Part shown: in pieces, positions 48,267 to 57,022 of the stretch
How the letters are laid out: each line of letters starts with the position of its first letter
How positions within the stretch are numbered: position 1 is the first letter of the stretch
IMG/VR virus record: IMGVR_UViG_3300034356_001764
Location: 16,204 to 80,203 of that record
Length of the DNA: 64,000 nt
Direction: 5' to 3' (one strand)
DNA from: a virus
The notes under the pieces: model-generated
What the model saw: only the letters and a program-made list of their open reading frames with translations
The model's database searches: none
Told to the model about the DNA's origin: nothing
Translations under genes and position numbers: made by a program

Positions 48267-48616
48267 AGTGTGTCTGATTTAGTTTTACCCCAAAAATTCT
48301 TCTGTTCTTTAATAACTATTGTATCGTGAATAACAATAGTGTCATAAATATAAATTTTTACTTTTTTAATAACCTCAACAGTTTCTGCAACTGGTGTTTG
48401 TGCTAATTGCTCTTCTGCTGTTAATACAGTTTTCTCAAGCTGTTTTACATCTGACTCTAGTAGTCCATTCTCTTCTACTAATTTTTCATTATCAAACTGA
48501 AGAGTTTTTGCAGTATCAACAACATCAATATGCTCTGTACCACTCTTAAGTATTTGAGTAAGCATAAGAGCAATGATTATTGCTATAAGTCCAAGTATTA
48601 CAAGCTTGTTTTTCAT
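48263..48616 (-). CDS. Membrane-anchored coiled-coil protein (i-spanin-like)
   Basis: N-terminal TM, coiled coil, DTI repeats. Confidence 0.45.
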   Translation of the reverse strand: MKNKLVILGLIAIIIALMLTQILKSGTEHIDVVDTAKTLQFDNEKLVEENGLLESDVKQLEKTVLTAEEQLAQTPVAETVEVIKKVKIYIYDTIVIHDTIVIKEQKNFWGKTKSDTL

Positions 48617-48888
48617 CGCTTAGAGATTATAATGTCTTGTAGTTTCTCAAGGGCTTTTGTGTTATTGTTCAAAGCCTCTGTAGTTTTTTGAGCATCTGAA
48701 GCAATATAAGTAGTGAGTTCTTTTTGTAGCTCATCAACTTTAGTTTTTAATTTGTCTTCAGAAGCAAGTTGTCTCTTTAGCATAAACCAAAGAACAGCTC
48801 CTAATCCTAGGACCACAACTCCTAGTGCCCCATATTGGGTTAGTGTTTCAAATACTCCAAATGAAGGAGCTTCAGCAGATAGTACCAT
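48613..48888 (-). CDS. BhlA-like holin candidate
   Basis: QYGALG TM segment plus coiled coil. Confidence 0.5.
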   Translation of the reverse strand: MVLSAEAPSFGVFETLTQYGALGVVVLGLGAVLWFMLKRQLASEDKLKTKVDELQKELTTYIASDAQKTTEALNNNTKALEKLQDIIISKR

Positions 48889-48889
48889 A

Positions 48890-49150
48890 TTAGTGTAGTT
48901 TAATCATTAGTTCTTTAACAGCATTAGATAAATCACTTACATTCTTAGCAAGCATCTTGATCTCTAATTGTGTTTGTTCTTGTATAGCTTGGTATTTGAG
49001 TCTATTCTCTTGTTCTACAAGTTCAATCTTACCTTTAAGTTTGCCTTGTTCTTCTGTATTCTTACGTACATCACTATGCACAATCTTTAGAAAATATCCA
49101 ATAATTGTTATAGCTGTAGCTAATATAAACATCATTACTTCTGTTGTCAT
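48890..49150 (-). CDS. Single-TM coiled-coil protein (holin-like)
   Basis: N-terminal TM plus coiled coil in the lysis cluster. Confidence 0.45.
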   Translation of the reverse strand: MTTEVMMFILATAITIIGYFLKIVHSDVRKNTEEQGKLKGKIELVEQENRLKYQAIQEQTQLEIKMLAKNVSDLSNAVKELMIKLH

Positions 49151-49671
49151 CTCTTAAATTGTTTTATTATAAAAAAAGATATAAATAAGATCAAAGAAAG
49201 GAATAGCATCCACCAAGGAAAGCTATCTTTTTCTTTATACTTTACTTGTTTAGTTTCAGCTTTATTATCTTGTTTGTTTGTTTTAACTAAAGCTTTAAGT
49301 TGTTTTGATAAAGAATCATTCTGCAGCTTCATCATCTTTTCTAAATGCTTATAGGAAGACTCTAATGCTTTTCTTTCCTGGCGTGTCATTCCTGCAGAAA
49401 TAGTATTATTGATAGTTTGTACTGTACTATCTTTTGTAACTACTTCTTTATAAGTGTTAGTAATAGTATCAAAGATAGTTTCTTTAGTATAGTTATATTT
49501 CCATATTGTATCAGGAGTAATTACTGCTCCTTTTCTTTTAGCAATATCAATGTGTTTCTGCGCCTTGGATAAATGATGTTCAGTAGAACAACTATACATT
49601 GTAAAGAGCCATAAAAAACTTATTAGCAAAGCCCAAATAAATGCTATTAAATGATTCCAATTAATCTTCAT
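49147..49671 (-). CDS. Lipoprotein with C-terminal TM (unimolecular spanin candidate)
   Basis: Signal peptide ending MYSC and C-terminal WWMLFLSLILFISFFII. Confidence 0.55.
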   Translation of the reverse strand: MKINWNHLIAFIWALLISFLWLFTMYSCSTEHHLSKAQKHIDIAKRKGAVITPDTIWKYNYTKETIFDTITNTYKEVVTKDSTVQTINNTISAGMTRQERKALESSYKHLEKMMKLQNDSLSKQLKALVKTNKQDNKAETKQVKYKEKDSFPWWMLFLSLILFISFFIIKQFKR

Positions 49672-49686
49672 GGCTGTATTTCATTG

Positions 49687-50310
49687 TTAGTATGTTTTAT
49701 TTAAAATAAAAATGTCACTGTAGATATTGTTTCCTGTAGAAGCATTTTGCCATTGAGCTGTTACATCTAATACATTACTAATTGTTGTATCAAATGTTGT
49801 ATTATTAACTGTGTTAAAGCCAAATCCTTGAACAGAAGCATTTGAAGTTTTTGTATAATGAAATGCACCTAAAGAAACTATAGATGCTACACCAGCAGCT
49901 CCTAATGATCTAATAGTAAAATCAATATTTAAAGACCACACATCATTTATAACACTGCTGCCTAGATTTTGTAGACCACTGTCTAAAAGGATAATAGATC
50001 CTGCTTTAACTCTAATTGTAATATTTTGATTATTATTAGCATTCATTACACCACCAAAGATAGCTCTAAAACTATCTCCTACTTGAAAACCATTAGCAGG
50101 TATAGTTAATGTACCTACACCACCATTAATAAGACTGCTTTCTACAGTAGTGTTAGTGATTATAGTACTGTTAGCTGTCTGTGCAAATAAACCTCCTGTA
50201 ATAGTTGGTATGTCCAGTTGAGTTAAGAAAGGATTAGATGATGATGGAGAATTAGCATTTACAGCTGCTTCATATGAATTATTTGGTAAAGTTCTAAGTA
50301 TCTGACTCAT
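49687..50310 (-). CDS. Fibre/spike-like structural protein
   Basis: N/T/S-rich beta protein; NPFLT linker. Confidence 0.45.
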   Translation of the reverse strand: MSQILRTLPNNSYEAAVNANSPSSSNPFLTQLDIPTITGGLFAQTANSTIITNTTVESSLINGGVGTLTIPANGFQVGDSFRAIFGGVMNANNNQNITIRVKAGSIILLDSGLQNLGSSVINDVWSLNIDFTIRSLGAAGVASIVSLGAFHYTKTSNASVQGFGFNTVNNTTFDTTISNVLDVTAQWQNASTGNNIYSDIFILNKTY

Positions 50311-50312
50311 GA

Positions 50313-50954
50313 CTATGAAGTATATTCAATTAATAAAATAGTACCTGTAGCATTGTAATTAATCGGATCATATAGATCTCTGACTCCTACACTACCCCAA
50401 GGAATTGTTATACCTGGAGGAATACCTATTCCGTTCCAAATACCAGGTGCACTACCAATGTTTATTACAGAACCTCTTAAGCTATTTACAGGTACAAATC
50501 CTACAGCAGATGTTAATACTGTATTATGAATAACAGTAGCTGGAGCTAAGTTAGAATCAATACTTAACAAAGTTGTTTCTGTAGCTAAACCTGTTGTGTT
50601 ACTTACAATTTGAGCTAAGTATGTATTAGGATTAATATACGTAATTGGAGCTACTGGAGTACCTGTTGTATTAGACCCTGCTAAGAAATATATTGGAGGA
50701 TCAAAAGTAACTCCATTCCAAATTCTTATTTCTAACCATGTAACATCATTAGCATCTACAACTAGTGTTGCTTCATAATCTGTTCCTTGTTGTATTGCTG
50801 CAAGAATTTGAGCAAGTAATGGTTCTACAGTGTCTGTGTTATCTACAAGTTCTTGTAATGCATCACACGCACACTGTTGCCCAAGAAGCATCTTAAGTTG
50901 CCAAGGAAAATTATTTCCTTTATTACCATCTGTTTTTAAATTTCCTATTGACAT
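50313..50954 (-). CDS. Putative structural (fibre-associated) protein
   Basis: LATETTL trimer-like motif; location. Confidence 0.4.
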   Translation of the reverse strand: MSIGNLKTDGNKGNNFPWQLKMLLGQQCACDALQELVDNTDTVEPLLAQILAAIQQGTDYEATLVVDANDVTWLEIRIWNGVTFDPPIYFLAGSNTTGTPVAPITYINPNTYLAQIVSNTTGLATETTLLSIDSNLAPATVIHNTVLTSAVGFVPVNSLRGSVINIGSAPGIWNGIGIPPGITIPWGSVGVRDLYDPINYNATGTILLIEYTS

Positions 50955-50965
50955 AATTATTTGTT

Positions 50966-51298
50966 TTAATTTGTTTGAACTAATGAACTTATTAAGTCAA
51001 CAAACTTAGTTACTTTAGTTTTTTTAGCTGCAGTCAATGATGAGTATTCAATAGAAATTTCTTCTATATCTGTTTCTCCCAGAACTATAATATTTGCTTC
51101 AAAGTAATCTGATCCATTATAGTCTAAAACATTTACAGTTATGTGATTTCCAATAACTCCTACAAAGTCATTTACTACTTTTATATCTTCAGTTGATGCT
51201 GTACTTAAATCTAAGTAAACATTATTACTATTAACATAAGCCATTACTACATTAGTAGTTGCTGGGGCTGATGAGGATACTGAACAATTTAGTGTCAT
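50966..51298 (-). CDS. Hypothetical protein
   Basis: In-operon ORF after the spike gene. Confidence 0.5.
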   Translation of the reverse strand: MTLNCSVSSSAPATTNVVMAYVNSNNVYLDLSTASTEDIKVVNDFVGVIGNHITVNVLDYNGSDYFEANIIVLGETDIEEISIEYSSLTAAKKTKVTKFVDLISSLVQTN

Positions 51299-51303
51299 AA
51301 TTT

Positions 51304-52815
51304 TTAAAATTTAGGTGTGTTTATTGCTGAATCTACACTAAAACTTCCAGCAATAGTATAAGTATTTACGAACCCTGGAGAGTTAGGTTTATTAGATGCT
51401 GCATTAATAACCCCTGTAATTGGAGTAGCAAGTCCAGTATTTATAAAATAGTTAAAACCTACACCTTCTGCGGTAACCCCTTTTATATATAACCTGGCAG
51501 TATTTGATTCAATATTAATAATATTACCATCTGTATAATTAGAATAAATAGTTGAGTCATTTAAATATAATGCACCGCTACCAAGTACAAGTATAGGAGC
51601 CGCCACAGTATCTGTAGTTCTAATAATGGTAGTGTTTTTTACATTAACCTGAGTAGAACCATCTACATAAATTGCTTCTCTTGTTGTTGTAATTTTTCCA
51701 TTATATGTTACCTTAGAACTTCCTACACCTAAAGCAAGCATCGGGTTAACTTGAGAAATCATATCACCATTTATAGTTAAGTTTATGGCAGGACTTGTCC
51801 ATAATCTAACTAAAGCTGCAAGACCACCATAAAAAGTATCATCTTTATCATTCATGTCTCCATTAACAATAATATTACCTGTTGAACTTGCTTCATCAAT
51901 ATAAAAAATTTGCTTCCAGTTTCCACCATAAACATTTCCAGTTAACAAATTTAGGTTAGGACAATTAATTACAGCTGTACCTGAGAAAAATCTAAATCTA
52001 AATAACTGATGTACTGATTCTATACTGTTTGCAATATTCATTACAACATTGACATTATTTCTAATTGTAATTGCAAATCCTTGACCAATTGTAGCTGAAT
52101 AAATGTAGTTACCTTTTATTGTTACTCTACCTCCAGCTACTGTAGGAAGTATTTGAATAGCTGCAGCATTTACACTCATCCAATCAAATTCAAATGTAAT
52201 TACGGATGCTCCTGTTATATTAAGAGATGGTTGTGTACCAGACGTTGTATATATTTTTAAACTTCCGTAAACATTAGCACTTACAGCCACTCCATTATCT
52301 CTAATATTAGGTGAACCTGTAAATACAACTCCTGATTCGCAATATATATCTACATTATTTTGTAGATTTACAATAGGACTAACATAATTCCCTCTTCTAA
52401 TATAAACAAGAGCTCTATTATCTATACTTATACTAGGTAAAGCTGCAGCTGCTGTTAAAGCATTAGAAATACTTTGAAATGGTTTATCAAATCTATTTAT
52501 TAAACCAGTTGCATTATTACCATTTACTAAGTCAACAAATACTACATTTGCGTAATTTGCAGCAATTGAAGGAATAGTTGCAACAAGAGGAGAACTAGGT
52601 GTTCCATTTCCTGTAATAGTCACTCCATCAACAGATACAGTTTGTAAACCACCTAGCTGTGCTTGTAAATCTGAAAACTTAATAGCAGTAGGTTTATAGT
52701 CTCCAAGTGCTGGAGATTGTTTTGTACCTACTGCAATAAGATCAGAATCTTCAAGTTGAGTCTTAATTCTTCTACCTACAATTAGGTTGAAGAAGTTAGT
52801 TAAGTTATTTAACAT
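51304..52815 (-). CDS. Beta-helix tailspike/depolymerase-like protein
   Basis: VFVDLVNGNN...KPFQSI..AL...YIRRGNY pectin-lyase-like start; N/I/G-rich repeats; VDGVTITGNGT fibre motif. Confidence 0.6.
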   Translation of the reverse strand: MLNNLTNFFNLIVGRRIKTQLEDSDLIAVGTKQSPALGDYKPTAIKFSDLQAQLGGLQTVSVDGVTITGNGTPSSPLVATIPSIAANYANVVFVDLVNGNNATGLINRFDKPFQSISNALTAAAALPSISIDNRALVYIRRGNYVSPIVNLQNNVDIYCESGVVFTGSPNIRDNGVAVSANVYGSLKIYTTSGTQPSLNITGASVITFEFDWMSVNAAAIQILPTVAGGRVTIKGNYIYSATIGQGFAITIRNNVNVVMNIANSIESVHQLFRFRFFSGTAVINCPNLNLLTGNVYGGNWKQIFYIDEASSTGNIIVNGDMNDKDDTFYGGLAALVRLWTSPAINLTINGDMISQVNPMLALGVGSSKVTYNGKITTTREAIYVDGSTQVNVKNTTIIRTTDTVAAPILVLGSGALYLNDSTIYSNYTDGNIINIESNTARLYIKGVTAEGVGFNYFINTGLATPITGVINAASNKPNSPGFVNTYTIAGSFSVDSAINTPKF

Positions 52816-52821
52816 TACTTA

Positions 52822-52929
52822 TTATTTTTTCTTGTTTAATTTGTCTTTAAGTTGGTCTCCCCAAGTCTTAGCACCAATACAAACAACAGGTGTTGTTTCT
52901 ACTTTCTTTTTAGTTACTTTTTTTGCCAT
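52822..52929 (-). CDS. 35-aa basic micro-protein (missed by ORF track)
   Basis: MAKKVTKKKVETTPVVCIGAKTWGDQLKDKLNKKK fills the intergenic gap. Confidence 0.5.
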   Translation of the reverse strand: MAKKVTKKKVETTPVVCIGAKTWGDQLKDKLNKKK

Positions 52930-52934
52930 GATGA

Positions 52935-53744
52935 TTAAAAATTGTACAGTTCATAATAAAGATAAAAAGCTCCTTCAAATTGATTCTGTGCTGTAGTCTT
53001 AGTTACTGTAATAGTAAGATCATCTACACCATCTACACCGCCAATTAAAGAACCTTCAATTGTAAGAACATCTCCTATTTCATAACCTTGTCCTCCTGCT
53101 GCTAGTAATGCAAATCCTATAGCTCCTGTTACTGTTCTTGTTACAGTAAATGTAGCTCCAAAACCTGTAGAAGAACCTATAGAAGCTACAGCTGTATAAG
53201 TATTACCTGCTTCTGCTAGGATAGTTGTTCCACCTGATACTGTAAAAACAAGTAATGCTCCAGCCAATGAAGGATTAGCATTAAAAATAGCAAATGAAGC
53301 TCCTACAGATAGTACACCTGTGGAAATTACATAAGGAATAAAAGTATCTCCTTGTGCTGGATTATAATACGGACTAGTTTGAATATAAATATTATCCGCA
53401 TTACTAAAGTCCATATCTGCATTGTTAATTACTAAAGGTACTACAGAACCAAATGCAGGAAGTGGATCAGCAATAGTGTTATCCATAGTAATTTCAATAA
53501 CTCCTTTTTGAGTAGTTACATTTACTACTGACGTTGTATTAAGATCAACAGTATAGTATGCTGTATTTGCTACATCACCTGCTACAGATAAATCTTTAAT
53601 AGGCATAGCATAAGTTTTATACTTATCATCTCTTTTAGCAAATGTTACATCTGCACCAATTGCTATTAAATCCGTTTCAGGATTATTAGCTGTTGTTCTA
53701 ATTAATTGCTCTTTACGTAAATAGAGCCAGTTTAAAATATCCAT
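52935..53744 (-). CDS. Fibre/decoration protein
   Basis: Likely start MDILN. N-terminus similar to the spike gene; GGQGYEIGDVLTI insert. Confidence 0.5.
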   Translation of the reverse strand: MDILNWLYLRKEQLIRTTANNPETDLIAIGADVTFAKRDDKYKTYAMPIKDLSVAGDVANTAYYTVDLNTTSVVNVTTQKGVIEITMDNTIADPLPAFGSVVPLVINNADMDFSNADNIYIQTSPYYNPAQGDTFIPYVISTGVLSVGASFAIFNANPSLAGALLVFTVSGGTTILAEAGNTYTAVASIGSSTGFGATFTVTRTVTGAIGFALLAAGGQGYEIGDVLTIEGSLIGGVDGVDDLTITVTKTTAQNQFEGAFYLYYELYNF

Positions 53745-53793
53745 GATTGTTTTTTTATAAATATACAATATAATATACTAAAAATAATTGAAT

Positions 53794-53825
53794 AAAAAAA
53801 ATCCTCAATTAAAAAACTGAGGATC
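53794..53825 (-). terminator. Intrinsic terminator
   Basis: ATCCTCA...TGAGGAT stem plus T8 on the minus strand. Confidence 0.6.
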
Positions 53826-53848
53826 TCTTGGAGATAGTTTGAAAAAAA

Positions 53849-54043
53849 TCAGAACATTAATGCTCCGAGTATGAATGATAGGATAAGACAAAAGGCAATT
53901 AGCATGTTAGCAAAGCTTCTTCCTTGTGGGTCATCCTCATAATAATTGTGTATTTTGCTAAGCACTGGTTTATTCATGACATTGGATAAGTACCACAATA
54001 TCACTATAAAACCAATAATAACTAAGCATAATATAATCTTCAT
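53849..54043 (-). CDS. Small 2-TM membrane protein
   Basis: Two hydrophobic helices; own promoter and terminator. Confidence 0.6.
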   Translation of the reverse strand: MKIILCLVIIGFIVILWYLSNVMNKPVLSKIHNYYEDDPQGRSFANMLIAFCLILSFILGALMF

Positions 54044-54050
54044 AGATAGA

Positions 54051-54081
54051 CAAATATAAAACTTATTTTTATTTATGCAAA
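54051..54081 (-). promoter_or_regulatory. Canonical Bacteroidota promoter TTTG-N19-TATATTTG
   Basis: Exact -33/-7 consensus with a 19-nt spacer. Confidence 0.7.
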
Positions 54082-54130
54082 TATTCAGAGTATATTGTAT
54101 TGAGCATGCGCAATAGGTGAATATGTGGGA

Positions 54131-54433
54131 TTACCACACAATTACAACATCACCCTCATTAAGCACAAGCTTAACTTCACCATCAATATCAATACGCTCA
54201 ACAACTTCCATATTAAGTGATCCTGTACGGATATAGACTACATCACCTGCTACTACTTCTTCTACTTTATCACCTACTGCAAAGATTGTAAGTTTGTTCC
54301 ACATCTTTACTGCTTCTGCCATGATGTGTTCTTCATCTTTTGCACTCAACTCAATAGCTGATTTTTTTCTTTGAGGTACATTAACTAAAATAGTTCTACC
54401 TCTTAATTTTTTAAACGGTTGCTTTGTTGCCAT
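54131..54433 (-). CDS. groES: GroES-like co-chaperonin
   Basis: LRGRTILV...AVGD.V..V..GDVV...VLNEGDVV. Confidence 0.7.
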   Translation of the reverse strand: MATKQPFKKLRGRTILVNVPQRKKSAIELSAKDEEHIMAEAVKMWNKLTIFAVGDKVEEVVAGDVVYIRTGSLNMEVVERIDIDGEVKLVLNEGDVVIVW

Positions 54434-54436
54434 GGT

Positions 54437-54721
54437 TTATGATTTAAATGTAATTACTTTTACTACTGCCATCTGAGCATTAACTAGTTCACCTACTGCA
54501 TGATCAAATAGAAGGCTTTTTACTGGAGACTTTTGCTCTGTGTTATAATCATCCTTCATAAGGTTAGCAATCTCAGCCATCATTGACTTTACTTTAGCCA
54601 CCTTGTCTTCATTAGGTTCACTTAACTCAATTCCTACTAGAAGTTCTCCAAATGATAAGAGCTTAGTTTCAATAATAGTTTGTCCTTCTGGCACACTAAC
54701 TATTGGTTTGTTTGTTTCCAT
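54437..54721 (-). CDS. Acb2/Tad1-like helical-hairpin protein (candidate nucleotide-signal sponge)
   Basis: FGE.LVG...DKV..VK...AE...L...AV.E...AQM.VVK..T pattern. Confidence 0.45.
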   Translation of the reverse strand: METNKPIVSVPEGQTIIETKLLSFGELLVGIELSEPNEDKVAKVKSMMAEIANLMKDDYNTEQKSPVKSLLFDHAVGELVNAQMAVVKVITFKS

Positions 54722-54729
54722 ATTTATTT

Positions 54730-54993
54730 TTAATTAGTTACTTCATCATATGTAAGCAAAAAGATATCTGGCTTACATGGGTAGAACTCACCCTGGATTC
54801 CTTTGATAATATAGTCCCCAACTGAAGCCTCCATATTACCTTCAAGAGTTTGAATGTTTAGTTTAAGCACACCTGTTTCAAAATCTGTATTAAAATAAGA
54901 CAGAGTACAAAAATCAAATATCTCTCTTCTATTATCTCCAGTCCATTGAACAGCCTCAATAATAATAGGCTTCTTTACATATCTACGCATCAT
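54730..54993 (-). CDS. KKP..IEAVQW / TLEG / GEFYPCKPDIF family protein (possibly Acb4-like sponge)
   Basis: Highly conserved widespread phage family motif; the Acb4 link is from memory and unverified. Confidence 0.5.
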   Translation of the reverse strand: MMRRYVKKPIIIEAVQWTGDNRREIFDFCTLSYFNTDFETGVLKLNIQTLEGNMEASVGDYIIKGIQGEFYPCKPDIFLLTYDEVTN

Positions 54994-55180
54994 ACTTCTG
55001 GTTAGAAGGTTGCTTAATAGATTCTACTTTAGATGCCTCTTCTGGGAATTCAGTCAAAAGACTTAACTTAATCTTTTCTAAGAGACCTATAATAGGTAAA
55101 CTACCATAGGCATTTTCACTTACGCGGACTTCAAGTCCTTCTTCTTTCTCTATGATAGAGATAAATACTTTTTCTTCCAT
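54983..55180 (-). CDS. Hypothetical protein
   Basis: First ORF after the TATATTTG at 55203; IIGLLEKIK motif. Confidence 0.6.
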   Translation of the reverse strand: MEEKVFISIIEKEEGLEVRVSENAYGSLPIIGLLEKIKLSLLTEFPEEASKVESIKQPSNQKYDA

Positions 55181-55202
55181 GTTACACAGTTTGTTGGTGC
55201 AA

Positions 55203-55210
55203 CAAATATA
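55203..55210 (-). promoter_or_regulatory. Bacteroidota -7 element TATATTTG
   Basis: TAnnTTTG upstream of the 55180 ATG. GTTTAAAC lies upstream, as at 46960. Confidence 0.55.
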
Positions 55211-55231
55211 TAAATTTTTTTTGTTTAAACT

Positions 55232-55260
55232 AAAAACCCCAGAAAAATTTCCAGGGTTTC
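55232..55260 (-). terminator. Intrinsic terminator
   Basis: AAACCCTGGAA...TTCTGGGGTTT stem plus T tract. Confidence 0.65.
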
Positions 55261-55310
55261 AAGCTTTGAACAATTGATTTTATGTTATGAACATGTACAA
55301 ATATATTAAA

Positions 55311-55943
55311 TTATTCATTATCATAAAACATTCTATCAGAATCTTCAGTATGCCATTTCTCATAATCTTCTACATTGTAAAAATCCTTACATACTAGATA
55401 GTCTGGTTTGTCTGGAAATGCTTTAGTAACAAATGAAGGCTCTGACCATTTGATTCTATTATTAGGTTGAAGAGCAATCTGACCATTATCAAGAAGTATA
55501 ATATGATGAGACTTATGTTCATCAGGAGTCTCTGATAAAGTTAAATCAGTATTCATATCATTACTCCCCCAGTTAATGGTAGCATAGTAACTTCCTTTAT
55601 ACCACTTTCTATCTTTAGCATAAAATTCTACAGGAGCATCCTTCAGGTAGTTCAATTGCAACAGAGTAAAGTTATATGAGAAGCAATTCCATATCTGCAG
55701 ATAATGAAATGGTAGATCTGGATTTGGTAGTTGTGGTTTGGTCATTAGGGCATGTGATGGTAGTTTATCTCTAAGCACTCCATTCTCTAACAGTACTTGG
55801 AACAATGCTGCCTGTCCCGGCATACATCTAACAGATATTATTACCCCCGCAGTAAATTCTCCTTTACCCTTAGCACCCTGATACATGTATTCATTTCTAA
55901 CAAACACCTTCAGTGGAAAAAAGTTATGTTCTATATATGCCAT
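55311..55943 (-). CDS. Conserved phage protein of unknown function
   Basis: VRNEY...LPSHAL...WNCFSY...EHKSHH...NGQIALQPNNR. Confidence 0.65.
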   Translation of the reverse strand: MAYIEHNFFPLKVFVRNEYMYQGAKGKGEFTAGVIISVRCMPGQAALFQVLLENGVLRDKLPSHALMTKPQLPNPDLPFHYLQIWNCFSYNFTLLQLNYLKDAPVEFYAKDRKWYKGSYYATINWGSNDMNTDLTLSETPDEHKSHHIILLDNGQIALQPNNRIKWSEPSFVTKAFPDKPDYLVCKDFYNVEDYEKWHTEDSDRMFYDNE

Positions 55944-55944
55944 A

Positions 55945-56577
55945 CTATATAATTACACTTTGCAAAATCTCTATACATAAATCATGAGGTATCTTTGAAC
56001 TTTCATAACTATTCTTTTTTCCTTGTGATCCATTCTTACTTCCTCTAGGAGAAGGTTGATGATGGCAATTCTTATTTCCATTGTGACAAACCGGACGAGG
56101 AATCCATTTGCTACTATTAGTCCAAATATCTGTAGGCTTAGCTCTATCTTCACCATACTGGCAATACCAAATAGTATGTCTTTTAAACCCTTGCATAAAA
56201 GGCATCTTACGCATCATCCCCCTAGGATTCTCTATAAAAAAAATCATGTTTGGATTAATCTTTAACCACTCATTTATTAAATCAATAAAATGAATATTTA
56301 CAGCATCACACTTATGAGCATACTGAGATTTAGGAATAACTCCATCTCTGTGTCTACTAATAGCAGCAACACTATACGTAGCACAATCAGGAGAAGCCCA
56401 TAGTACATCTGGTACAAAAGGAACATGATTTAATTTCATATGCTCTACATCCATAGCCAAATCAATTCCATCAAAAGGTTCCCAATCTACAGAAAAAACA
56501 TTCATCCCTAAACTTTCTCCAGCCTTGCCTATAGATCTAGCCCCTGCAAATAACTCAAGCAAATTATACTTATTCAT
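55945..56577 (-). CDS. DNA (cytosine-5) methyltransferase, short type
   Basis: LELFAG (motif I), WASPDC (IV), IENP (VI), KPT.IW. Confidence 0.75.
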   Translation of the reverse strand: MNKYNLLELFAGARSIGKAGESLGMNVFSVDWEPFDGIDLAMDVEHMKLNHVPFVPDVLWASPDCATYSVAAISRHRDGVIPKSQYAHKCDAVNIHFIDLINEWLKINPNMIFFIENPRGMMRKMPFMQGFKRHTIWYCQYGEDRAKPTDIWTNSSKWIPRPVCHNGNKNCHHQPSPRGSKNGSQGKKNSYESSKIPHDLCIEILQSVII

Positions 56578-56594
56578 TACTATAACAATTTTAG

Positions 56595-56602
56595 CAAAGA
56601 TA
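56595..56602 (-). promoter_or_regulatory. Bacteroidota -7 element TATCTTTG
   Basis: TAnnTTTG upstream of the methyltransferase. Confidence 0.5.
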
Positions 56603-56959
56603 ATATTTTCTGGTTACACTCTACTAATGCTACTGACATAGATAAACTAATACACTTGGGTATTTGAATTTTTACTATACTAGAGAAAGTGTGGGCCCCC
56701 TATAAAATGAACCCCCCACAAAATTCCACAGGGTGGTACCCCCTATCAATTCCTAGACAATGTCTGTACACTAGAATAAAATTAGAAAAAAAATCCTGGC
56801 AGGAAAGTTTCTCATGGTCAGTAGATGATGTGATGTGATACTAATGATGATATGTTATGTACTATGTATTGATTACAAGGGGGAGGGTGGTGCTGACACA
56901 CAAGCCAAGCTCATCTATGAAGAGGCAAGGTTTGTTATTATATATATAGAGGGGGAAAG

Positions 56960-57001
56960 AGCCTTCGGCAGCTTCTTATACAGCTTAATACTACTATGGA
57001 T
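56960..57001 (+). promoter_or_regulatory. 42-nt early repeat copy 1 (candidate virion RNAP promoter)
   Basis: agccttcggcagc...atacagctt.atact..tatggat, shared with 57707-57748. Confidence 0.55.
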
Positions 57002-57022
57002 TAATCAAATAAAACTATAGTT

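Noticed and set aside
691-56293. Numerous short plus-strand and nested ORFs in the track (e.g. 691-945, 4334-4702, 8752-9114, 31894-32379, 33238-33567)
   Set aside because: Antisense or alternate-frame shadows of long minus-strand genes, with unnatural composition and no leaders.
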